From: a virus
Strand: one strand, 5' to 3'
IMG/VR virus record: IMGVR_UViG_3300021579_000001
Coordinates: 2,404-66,403 of that record
DNA length: 64,000 nucleotides
Shown here: piece by piece, positions 33,821 to 41,594 of the stretch
Position numbering within the stretch: the first letter of the stretch is position 1
How the letters are laid out: the number at the start of each line of letters is the position of its first letter
Made by a program: the position numbers and the translations under genes
The notes under the pieces: model-generated
Databases searched by the model: none
Told to the model about the DNA's origin: nothing
Seen by the model: the letters and a program-made list of their open reading frames with translations, nothing else

Positions 33821-34186
33821 CTACTGCTTGTGGTAGGTGAGGTTCATGCCGTTAGCTGGGCTATACGACCATTTAACTGAAATTCCGTCAAACTCTTCTG
33901 ACTGACGACCGTCAATAGCACGAGTAGCCCACATTTCATCTTTGATGAACGCTGGGGTTCCTACCTCGTCTACAACGCACACTAGGTCGTCATAGGTTGC
34001 GCCAGTAATCTCTTCCTCGCCCATCATGTCGACTGTAAGGGTTGTTCCGTTGTCTGATACCTGTACACCAGATGAGGCGAAACATGTATCCGAGGCGTCT
34101 TGAAACGTGTGAAACTGGTTGCCTGCGCATCCAGTTAGTGAAATAACTGTTGCGGTTAGCAGAAGTACTGCCAATGTTTTTTTCAT
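33821..34186 (-). CDS. Putative lipoprotein
   Basis: MKK + hydrophobic stretch + lipobox LTGC. Confidence 0.8.
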   Translation of the reverse strand: MKKTLAVLLLTATVISLTGCAGNQFHTFQDASDTCFASSGVQVSDNGTTLTVDMMGEEEITGATYDDLVCVVDEVGTPAFIKDEMWATRAIDGRQSEEFDGISVKWSYSPANGMNLTYHKQ

Positions 34187-34190
34187 TTAG

Positions 34191-34295
34191 TTAAGCCTTA
34201 GCTACTAGACGACGTTTGGTTGCATCAAACATCTTTGGGTGCTTCTTGCTTGCTTTGCCGTTGTTGCGGTTTGCGTTACGTTGTCCCTTAGCCAT
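34191..34295 (-). CDS. 34-aa basic micropeptide (not in ORF track)
   Basis: MAKGQRNANRNNGKASKKHPKMFDATKRRLVAKA; GAGGAGGA RBS. Confidence 0.6.
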   Translation of the reverse strand: MAKGQRNANRNNGKASKKHPKMFDATKRRLVAKA

Positions 34296-34297
34296 TA

Positions 34298-34492
34298 CTA
34301 GTCCTCCTCGTCATACTCATCGTCGCCCTGCTCTTCTGATTCTGGCAGGTTTAGGCTGTCCCACATTGCATCATCTAGTTGGTTTTGTTTAGCGATGTAA
34401 TCTGCGCTACCCTCTGCTGAGTGGTCTACACTCCAACGCTCACCAAAATCTGCTTTGGTGTTGTAGGTTACTTTGAACTCATACGTAGTCAT
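34298..34492 (-). CDS. Hypothetical acidic protein
   Basis: TAATG coupling. Confidence 0.7.
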   Translation of the reverse strand: MTTYEFKVTYNTKADFGERWSVDHSAEGSADYIAKQNQLDDAMWDSLNLPESEEQGDDEYDEED

Positions 34493-34704
34493 TAGAATAC
34501 AGACTCCACAATCTCTACTGCACCGCAGCAGCTCTTTTGTTCTTTCTTGAGGCCTGTTTTATGTTCCAGTTTGTACACACGCTGTTCAATTTCGTAAAGT
34601 CGAGTGTTTTGACGCTGCTCAGCTTCACGTTCCCACGCGTCTTTCTCGGCTTTGCTCTGTACCTCAAAAATCTTACGTTCTAGTTTTTTCTTGCTAATCC
34701 ACAT
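34492..34704 (-). CDS. Hypothetical coiled-coil protein
   Basis: AAGGAG RBS. Confidence 0.7.
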   Translation of the reverse strand: MWISKKKLERKIFEVQSKAEKDAWEREAEQRQNTRLYEIEQRVYKLEHKTGLKKEQKSCCGAVEIVESVF

Positions 34705-34736
34705 GTGAGTCTCCTTATTTGTACAGACTTTTAGCT

Positions 34737-35180
34737 CTATTTTTTTACTGTTCGTAGAGCCCAGACTACATTCGCAGGGAACATGCTGTCAAGTTCTTCT
34801 TCAGTAAGAAGCTCGTCGTAGTAGGCTGCCATCAAAGCTTCTTCGTTGATAACCCGCTTAACTTCGTAAACACGGTCACCAATACCTTTTTCTTCGATTA
34901 GGGTCTCCGCCAAAGCTTCGTTAAGTTTGCGGGTGACACGACGCTGTTTTTCTAGAGAAACTACGCCATCAACTGCTGCTGGTAGAGCAAATACGATGTT
35001 GCCCTTTAGGTCTTCTTCACCTTGATTGTCTAGAACTTCAAATAGTTTTTGACGCAGCTCTTTTGCTCGAGCGTCCATCATGTCAATAGTGTTCTTGACA
35101 CGTACATACTCACGAACTTGTGCCGTGAAATCATTTGGGTCTGCGAACTTGCGACCTTCTTCTTCTGAAACTAGTGCCAT
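34737..35180 (-). CDS. Hypothetical coiled-coil protein
   Basis: GGAG RBS; first gene behind strong promoter. Confidence 0.75.
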   Translation of the reverse strand: MALVSEEEGRKFADPNDFTAQVREYVRVKNTIDMMDARAKELRQKLFEVLDNQGEEDLKGNIVFALPAAVDGVVSLEKQRRVTRKLNEALAETLIEEKGIGDRVYEVKRVINEEALMAAYYDELLTEEELDSMFPANVVWALRTVKK

Positions 35181-35181
35181 G

Positions 35182-36756
35182 TTACTCTCCGTTCATTCTG
35201 TGTGTTAAAAAGTCTAGCAGGCTGCCAACTGTTAAGTCAACACCGCCTCTAGAATTGATGCCAGTGCCATCTAGCACTGCGCCTGCAATGTTGCTCTTCT
35301 GTTTTAGCATATCCCATTGTCTTTGCTCAATGGAATCTTTTACCAAAATGTCTTGAATGGTTACGGTAGCCCAGGTACTAGAAGTTCTGTTGATTCTCCC
35401 GTTGCGTTGCACAGCAAGCCCTGCGCTCCAAGGTTGGTCATAGTTAAGGAGCAAGTTTGCTTGTGGCAAATCTACGCCGTAACCACCCGCATCGCTGGAA
35501 ACTAATACCCTGATGTGACTTCTAGTTTGGAACTTTACTTTAGCGTCTTCTTTTTTTACTGCGTTCATCTCGCCTGTGTAAGCCACGGCACCAAATCCTT
35601 TGGCGTTTAGTCTATCTACCAGTTCCGATACGGAATCCAAATAGGAAGTAAATACCACCGCTTTATAGGAGTCATCAATCTCCAGATGGTCTTCCAGGTA
35701 TTTGGTTGCCTCGTCTAGCTTTGGAGTTTTGGAGATACCATGCAGCAAGTCTCCTAAAGAGAACACATAGGCGCTACCTTTACCATTGTTTTCAGCAAAG
35801 TTCGTGTAGCTGGCGAGTAGAACGTTGGGGCTAGAGCACAGCATTCTTAGAGCAGAGATTCTTGACATGACTTCCCCTCGCAACTGGTTAGCTGGGTCGT
35901 TTGGGTCGTAAGACTGCCCATAATGTGCGGAAAGGCTAAAGTTGCTGCCTAGGGTCTCACGTGCTTCTAGAAGTACCCCATAAAGGTCTTTGACAATGTG
36001 GTTGTACAGTTTTTGTGTGGCGTTGTCTAGCTTGACAATGACAGGTTCTCGGTAAACAGCATCTGGAAGGTACGGCTTTACGTCTTCATCTGATTGAGAT
36101 TTACGCACAGCAAACTTCATAACAGTTTTGTGTAAAGTAGGTAGGTTGGTGTATCTCTGAACCCCACCGAAGTGATTTCTAACAATAAAGGTTTTATCGA
36201 AGATGTCGAATCTTCCCAAAATCTTTGGGTCAACAAACTGCATAATTGAGTAGATTTCTTCTGGTCTACCATTTTCAATTGGTGTACCAGTAAGTGCAAA
36301 TCTGACAGGAATTTGTTTAGCGAGTTCCTTCACTCGCTTGGCTCTCTTAGCTCTGAACCCTTTAATGGCGGTGGCCTCGTCACAAATTATGGCATCAAAA
36401 CTAAAGTGTTTTAACACATCAAAATCGTTTACTACTTGCTCATAGTTCATGATGACATAGTCATGCTCTACTACCTCTGCGTACTGTTCTGCACGCTTTC
36501 TAGGGTTACCATCAATAACAATGGCAGATGAATCGCTAAACTTTTCTATCTCTTTTTTCCATTGATACTTAAGCGAAGAAAGACAAAGGACAAGGACCGT
36601 TCTGGTCATCTTGCCTTTGTCTCTTAGCTCTTCTATTGCTGCAATCGTCATCGGGGTTTTACCGAGACCCATCTCGTATGCCACTAGTATGGTCTTTTGT
36701 TCGACCATTTTTTGCACCGCTTCAGTTTGATACGGTTTTAGCGTTCCTTTGAACAT
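35182..36756 (-). CDS. SNF2-family (SF2) helicase
   Basis: L-x-PYQ, EMGLGKT, DEAT, LTGTPIEN, G-x-GVDL-x-x-A, Q-x-x-GR-x-x-R. Confidence 0.92.
   Translation of the reverse strand: MFKGTLKPYQTEAVQKMVEQKTILVAYEMGLGKTPMTIAAIEELRDKGKMTRTVLVLCLSSLKYQWKKEIEKFSDSSAIVIDGNPRKRAEQYAEVVEHDYVIMNYEQVVNDFDVLKHFSFDAIICDEATAIKGFRAKRAKRVKELAKQIPVRFALTGTPIENGRPEEIYSIMQFVDPKILGRFDIFDKTFIVRNHFGGVQRYTNLPTLHKTVMKFAVRKSQSDEDVKPYLPDAVYREPVIVKLDNATQKLYNHIVKDLYGVLLEARETLGSNFSLSAHYGQSYDPNDPANQLRGEVMSRISALRMLCSSPNVLLASYTNFAENNGKGSAYVFSLGDLLHGISKTPKLDEATKYLEDHLEIDDSYKAVVFTSYLDSVSELVDRLNAKGFGAVAYTGEMNAVKKEDAKVKFQTRSHIRVLVSSDAGGYGVDLPQANLLLNYDQPWSAGLAVQRNGRINRTSSTWATVTIQDILVKDSIEQRQWDMLKQKSNIAGAVLDGTGINSRGGVDLTVGSLLDFLTHRMNGE
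35211..35240 (-). promoter_or_regulatory. SigA/HrdB-like promoter inside 3' end of helicase gene
   Basis: TTGACT-N18-TAGACT on minus strand. Confidence 0.65.
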
Positions 36757-37723
36757 AAGCGTCTTCTCCGAGTAGTGACGTGATTGCGTTATCGATACCC
36801 CAACGAATCTCAGCAGCCGTCATGTCGCCAGGGTCTTTAGCACTACTACTACCATAGTTGAAAAAGAACAGATTTAAACTGTATTTATTTGCTAGCTTTA
36901 GCAGTTCTTTGCTGGCCTTATGCCCAGCAGCATCGTTGTCAAAAGCTGCGATTAGTCGTTCCGAGTGTCGGAGGAGTTTCGCTTGCTCATCGCTAACGCT
37001 ACTACCACAAATAGCAAGAGCACCGTCCATGCCGACAGAACACAGGCGAAGGCAATCCAAAGGGGATTCCACGATAATAGTGCACAACTCATTTTGATTC
37101 TCGATTCCAAATAGTGTTTTTGATTTTTGTAAGCCAGCTGGGCGATTGAAGAACGTGCGATTCACAGTTCCTTTTTCTTGCCATCCCATGAGGCGGTAGA
37201 AGTGAGGGTCACGCAAAGGGAGAATCCAGTTTTTACGTTGGCTATCCCAAAGCACACCATACTTTTGCGCAGATTCGGTAGTCAGGTTCCTAGCATCTAA
37301 TGCATCTTGAGGTGGGGAATCAAACACAGCTAGCCGTGCTTCTGACATCTCAAGTGGCTTGGTATTTGACTGCACGTAGTTGGGCAAACTACGCATAAGC
37401 TCTGCGAGCTTTTCCAAAGGAACTTCAGATACTTGAGAAATCCAGAGTTCTGCAGCAGCGTAGTCGTAGCTAGTAACGGCTCCAAAAGTGTTTTGGTAGA
37501 ACTCGTTAACGTCACAAACTAGCTGCGCTAGGTTACCCTTGTACCCACAAGAAAAGCAGATGTGCTGTCCAGTGTCAGCATTGATAAACCACGATGGCGA
37601 GTGGTCTTGCTTACCCGTCCTGCGCTCGTGCATAGGGCATAGTGCCCTATACTCCGAGCCTGCCTGCTCGCTGGGAATTCCCAGAGCGGTAAGAACTGCC
37701 TCTACATCAATAAGCAGGGACAC
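36722..37723 (-). CDS. DnaG-like primase (CHC2 Zn finger plus TOPRIM)
   Basis: CP-x-H...CFSC, IVES-x-x-D, FDND-x-AG, KDPGD; probable GTG start at 37723. Confidence 0.9.
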   Translation of the reverse strand: MSLLIDVEAVLTALGIPSEQAGSEYRALCPMHERRTGKQDHSPSWFINADTGQHICFSCGYKGNLAQLVCDVNEFYQNTFGAVTSYDYAAAELWISQVSEVPLEKLAELMRSLPNYVQSNTKPLEMSEARLAVFDSPPQDALDARNLTTESAQKYGVLWDSQRKNWILPLRDPHFYRLMGWQEKGTVNRTFFNRPAGLQKSKTLFGIENQNELCTIIVESPLDCLRLCSVGMDGALAICGSSVSDEQAKLLRHSERLIAAFDNDAAGHKASKELLKLANKYSLNLFFFNYGSSSAKDPGDMTAAEIRWGIDNAITSLLGEDAYVQRNAKTVSN

Positions 37724-38972
37724 CGAACACCATACTTCCTGCACAAAACTTGCAGTTAGCAGACTGGGACTCATCGTGGAAACAGCCTGTGCGCCAGTTC
37801 CATGTGATAGAGGTCTCCCTAGGACCACAGTTACGTGCCTGGACTACCTTTAGCGTACGTAGCAAATCTTCTCCCTCAATAGGTTCAAGACCGATAATAA
37901 CATCTGAGTCTTGGAAAAAGGAAGACGAGTAACCGATAGAACCTGCGTCTACCTTTCCGCCCTTCATCTTCCAAAGAAGAGTCTGGGTGGTAATCACGAT
38001 AGGGATATTCATGCGTTGCGCCACACGCTTCAAGCCACGAGTGATGTTAGTCAAAGCTTGAGGAGTGTTTGAGTCTCCAGAAACTTGGTCCATCATCAGG
38101 TAAACACCATCAACAAAAATAATGTCTGGGTTTAGCTGTTCAGCTTTGGCTACTAGGTTGTCAATGGTAAGGCCACCAACTGCGTCCACAAAGTTGAACG
38201 GTGCGGTCTTCTTCAAAGATTCGAGGGTGTCCTTGAACCTGGCCTCGGAAACCTCATCCAGCTTTCCTAGTCGGAACTGTGTGCTGTTCAGGTTGGCTTT
38301 CATGGATAGGTACCGCTGGGACTGCTCGTGATTGTTCATCTCAAACGACTGGAACATAGGTACCATTCCAGCTTCGTGCACATTTGCTGCCATGCGTAGG
38401 GCAATCTGTGACTTACCTGTTTTAGGTGGCGCAATCAAGGTAATCAACTGACCACCCTGCAGCCCTGCTGTAGCCTCGTCAATGTCCGAGAAACCTGTAG
38501 GAACACCAAGCATTTGTGAGTTCTGGCGGTTTAGGTATTCTTCCAAAAACTTGTCAGGGTCTTTGGTCATGTCAAGGTGAGTAGTTCCTTGTACACCCTG
38601 CTCATTCACCAATGTGATGGTTTTACTCATCTCGGTGAGTGCAGCCTCATGGTCGTTAGCCGAGGCATCCTCGATTACTTTGGTGATACCTGCTCGAGTG
38701 AGCATCCTACGACGGTATGCCACCATAACGTCTAGTAGGTACTCCAGGGTGTCTTCCACTTTTAGTGCTTTAAAGTTTGGAAAGTTGTCTACCACAGCGA
38801 CAAGTGTAGGAACTTCACGGTAGTTAGCGTAGTGCTCACGTACAAACTTCCATACACGACGTAGGTCGTCGTCTACAATCCAGTCATCTTTGACACCGCG
38901 CTCCATTACTGGAATGATGTTGCGGTCAGTAATCACCTTACTGACTAAGCGGTACTCGTTATCGTTTGCCAT
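37707..38972 (-). CDS. dnaB: DnaB-like replicative helicase (SF4)
   Basis: GVPTGF-x-x-ID, APPKTGKS, SFEM, DGVYLM, Q-x-x-D, ARN. Confidence 0.93.
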   Translation of the reverse strand: MANDNEYRLVSKVITDRNIIPVMERGVKDDWIVDDDLRRVWKFVREHYANYREVPTLVAVVDNFPNFKALKVEDTLEYLLDVMVAYRRRMLTRAGITKVIEDASANDHEAALTEMSKTITLVNEQGVQGTTHLDMTKDPDKFLEEYLNRQNSQMLGVPTGFSDIDEATAGLQGGQLITLIAPPKTGKSQIALRMAANVHEAGMVPMFQSFEMNNHEQSQRYLSMKANLNSTQFRLGKLDEVSEARFKDTLESLKKTAPFNFVDAVGGLTIDNLVAKAEQLNPDIIFVDGVYLMMDQVSGDSNTPQALTNITRGLKRVAQRMNIPIVITTQTLLWKMKGGKVDAGSIGYSSSFFQDSDVIIGLEPIEGEDLLRTLKVVQARNCGPRETSITWNWRTGCFHDESQSANCKFCAGSMVFGVPAY

Positions 38973-38998
38973 CTTTTACCCTTCTGTAAAAAATTAGT

Positions 38999-39424
38999 TT
39001 AAAGGTTGTTTAGTTCGATTCCGTAGGAACCATAGCGAGCTACTTTCTCACGAAGGTCCACTACTCCTTTGAGATTATTCCGATAAGGAATCTCCCCAAT
39101 AAAGTCGTCCAAGCTGGTGTATAGCTCGGCGTAGTTAAACGGGTTACCGCCCCTACGGTCTAGCTTGTCCATTAGCTTGTCCAAGTGTTCCTGAGACCAG
39201 TGCTCTTTCTCGATTCCTGCGAGCTCCAGTGAAAGACCATACTTGTTAGCAATGTTCCATAGGTGGGACAAAGCTAAGTGGTTTAGAGAGGTTACTTTGC
39301 GCTCTTTCGCCACGCGCATAAGCTTCCGTTCTTCGACAATCTCGGAGGTGACCACAGCGTCAATCATAACGATAACACGTGGAGATGTTTCGTTAGAAAT
39401 GTCACCGTTAATCAATGGTCTCAA
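38999..39424 (-). CDS. Hypothetical protein
   Basis: Coupled ORF in replication operon. Confidence 0.75.
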   Translation of the reverse strand: MRPLINGDISNETSPRVIVMIDAVVTSEIVEERKLMRVAKERKVTSLNHLALSHLWNIANKYGLSLELAGIEKEHWSQEHLDKLMDKLDRRGGNPFNYAELYTSLDDFIGEIPYRNNLKGVVDLREKVARYGSYGIELNNL

Positions 39425-39701
39425 TCTTTCCGTACTTCATCACAAACTCACGCCAATCTTCAAGACTTGCCATTGCTTCAGCTGCTTCTTCATCAGGAAC
39501 ATCCTCTGGGATTTGGATGTTGTAGTTTCCATCTCCCTCAATAAGGCGTTCTTTAACAAACTTGATGTGCTTGCACCGACCTGAGTTCGAAAACGCAGTG
39601 CAGGTGCAGCGTGCCTTGCGAGTATCATGAGTAGCAAGTGCTACCTCAGAGATTCCTTCACTTCCTAAGAACAGTTGAACTGTACGCCATTCGATATCCA
39701 A
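39408..39701 (-). CDS. SWIM-type Zn-finger protein
   Basis: CTC-x-x-F...CKH. Confidence 0.8.
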   Translation of the reverse strand: MDIEWRTVQLFLGSEGISEVALATHDTRKARCTCTAFSNSGRCKHIKFVKERLIEGDGNYNIQIPEDVPDEEAAEAMASLEDWREFVMKYGKIETID

Positions 39702-39711
39702 TTTCAGCTCC

Positions 39712-40440
39712 TTATGCCTGACGAAGGTCTTCGCCAGTAGTCAATCGTACACGCTTGAACGCTTCGTAAGCAAAGCTGCCCATAGCCTCACCATACTGAT
39801 TAGCCCACTTTTCACGAGCTACGTTGGTGGTGATAATAGTTGGTAGCCCTTTGTCATACCGAGAGCGCAAAACCTCATCAAAAGAAGCGTCGTTGAATCC
39901 AGCGCCTTTGTACTCTTTACCCAAATCGTCAAGGATTAGAACCCTAACATTTAGAGCGTCATTCTCGGCACGTCCGTGGAGCCCCTCCATCTCGTGAAAA
40001 ATTAGGCGCTTAGTTTCAGGGTCAGCGTCAATCATGGACTTCTTGCGAGATAGAAACTCTGGGTAAGTCATGTAGTACACAGGGCGAGCAGCCATTCCGA
40101 AGTCGCTAGCCTGCATACTCAAAACTGCTTGAGCAGCCTCAGGCTCCTCAGGTAGGCGACGAATGAGCTCCATGGCGGTTACTACTGCGTGAGTGGTTTT
40201 ACCGATGCCTGGGGCACCGTCAAACAGCAATCCGACACCAGTGGTGCCCACTCCACCGATACGACGAATAGTTTCGCAAGCTAGGACCTTAGTCAGCCAC
40301 TTATCGATGGCTACGGGAAACTCTCCCACAGTTTTTTCTAGGTCAGTTAGGTCTAGCCCAATGAACCTACGAGGAATGTTGGAGTTCCTGAGAATCCATT
40401 GGCGTTTTAGAGGAGATAGCTCCGCAAGAGTGTAAGACAT
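39712..40440 (-). CDS. DnaC/IstB-like AAA+ helicase loader
   Basis: GLLFDGAPGIGKT, LILDDLGKE, R-Y...PTIITTN. Confidence 0.9.
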   Translation of the reverse strand: MSYTLAELSPLKRQWILRNSNIPRRFIGLDLTDLEKTVGEFPVAIDKWLTKVLACETIRRIGGVGTTGVGLLFDGAPGIGKTTHAVVTAMELIRRLPEEPEAAQAVLSMQASDFGMAARPVYYMTYPEFLSRKKSMIDADPETKRLIFHEMEGLHGRAENDALNVRVLILDDLGKEYKGAGFNDASFDEVLRSRYDKGLPTIITTNVAREKWANQYGEAMGSFAYEAFKRVRLTTGEDLRQA

Positions 40441-40974
40441 TTATTTTCCCTTCAAAGTGTCTTCGTAATGCTTCAGTTCTAGGCGACCAGCCATTGAGTT
40501 ATCAAACTCGGTTCCATCTGAAGCGTAAACATACTCTGACACAGACTCTGGTTCTTTGTCAAATTTTTCGTCCATGTCAAAGGTAACCAGAATGTTGTTC
40601 ATCTGAGCAGAGATAGAGTTTAGAAACATTTTGTGAGCATTTTTTGGAAACTTACGAATAGCAACTAGGTTTCGTTCGTCTGAAATAAAACGGTCCATAG
40701 CCTCGAGTTCGATTACTGCAGTCACGTTGTGTTTAGTGCGGTTAGTAGCTAATGCTCCCCAAAGAGCCTTAGTGTTTACCACACCTGGGTATCCACGAAG
40801 CTTTTGATAGATGCGGTACGAAAACTCTGAAGCAACATCCGCAGGTGTCCACTCTTCTTGTGGCCTTTGATGCCTTGTCTTTGGGTCTCGTTTGTTTACT
40901 TTTTTGATAGTGCTAGGTTCTGATGAAAAATCACCAAGGATGAACCCATCATTTTCTTCCCATTTATTTACCAT
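40441..40974 (-). CDS. Hypothetical protein, possible replication initiator C-terminal-type domain
   Basis: Directly upstream of loader, downstream of AT-rich palindromes. Confidence 0.6.
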   Translation of the reverse strand: MVNKWEENDGFILGDFSSEPSTIKKVNKRDPKTRHQRPQEEWTPADVASEFSYRIYQKLRGYPGVVNTKALWGALATNRTKHNVTAVIELEAMDRFISDERNLVAIRKFPKNAHKMFLNSISAQMNNILVTFDMDEKFDKEPESVSEYVYASDGTEFDNSMAGRLELKHYEDTLKGK

Positions 40975-40985
40975 TGTTTTTCCCT

Positions 40986-41080
40986 TCTGAGGGCGTCAGC
41001 CCTCTAAAGATAATACGTAGTATTATCTTTACTAATGTACAAATATGTATCTTATATAAACCTATATAGCTATATAAGCT
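40986..41080. other. Candidate replication origin
   Basis: Very AT-rich; 12-bp IR 41005-41031, 14-bp palindrome TATATAGCTATATA 41063-41076, GC hairpin AGGGC-GTCA-GCCCT. Confidence 0.5.
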
Positions 41081-41088
41081 GTTGATGT

Positions 41089-41313
41089 TCACTTTACCAA
41101 TAGGTATTTGTTTTTGTAAAGTCGTCCAAGATTTCGTTTGGTTCTGACAACTTTTACTGCCCCTGACAGGCTAAGCTGGTTTACCGCTTTAGATAAAGAT
41201 GTCCTACCGTAGCCAGTGTGTTCTTGTAACTCTGCCATAGTTACACTTGATTCACCCCACCTATCCGCAGTGTTAGTTATCGCGGTAAGTACGGCTAGTT
41301 CTAGTTTGGTCAT
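41089..41313 (-). CDS. Winged-HTH DNA-binding protein (initiator N-terminal-like)
   Basis: T-x-AEL-x-x-x-TG-x-GRTS-x-SKAV-x-x-L-x3-G-x-V. Confidence 0.8.
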   Translation of the reverse strand: MTKLELAVLTAITNTADRWGESSVTMAELQEHTGYGRTSLSKAVNQLSLSGAVKVVRTKRNLGRLYKNKYLLVK

Positions 41314-41585
41314 TAGCGCCTCGTATAGTTACTGATTACTTGAGGCTTTGAGGTTACCCTATCTACCAAAATACGGCAAGTGGTAGACACGAACCCGATA
41401 GCAGCAATGAACATTGCCCAGTAGTAAACCTGGCTCCAAATCACCCATGAAACAGCAACTGCTAGTGCAATAGTGAGTATGTGCTTAGCAAATGTTTGGA
41501 ATGGTGTGGGTATAACCAAGCTGATTAGCTCGGTCAAGTAGGCTACAGCAAAGCTAGCTGTTATTACAGTAAAAAAGTCATTCAT
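41313..41585 (-). CDS. Small multi-pass membrane protein, leaderless
   Basis: 2-3 hydrophobic segments, basic tail; TAGGAT-6nt-ATG. Confidence 0.7.
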   Translation of the reverse strand: MNDFFTVITASFAVAYLTELISLVIPTPFQTFAKHILTIALAVAVSWVIWSQVYYWAMFIAAIGFVSTTCRILVDRVTSKPQVISNYTRR

Positions 41586-41594
41586 AGGCTTATC

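Noticed and set aside
36722-37828. Extended N-termini in the ORF track (primase, polA, ruvC, 8561, 4541, 28534, 20978, 61986)
   Set aside because: The upstream in-frame starts overlap neighbouring genes deeply; downstream starts with SD or stop/start coupling are more plausible
11124-38972. Inteins or introns in nrdJ, recA, polA, dnaB or the helicase
   Set aside because: Protein lengths and motif spacing are normal; no C/S...HN splice signatures
40975-41091. Stop-codon read-through joining the wHTH gene to ORF 40441-40974 (same frame)
   Set aside because: At least two further in-frame TAG codons lie in the spacer, and the downstream ORF has its own SD
41313-41585. Holin call
   Set aside because: It has TM segments but heads the replication operon, and no endolysin is adjacent in the window; left as a membrane protein
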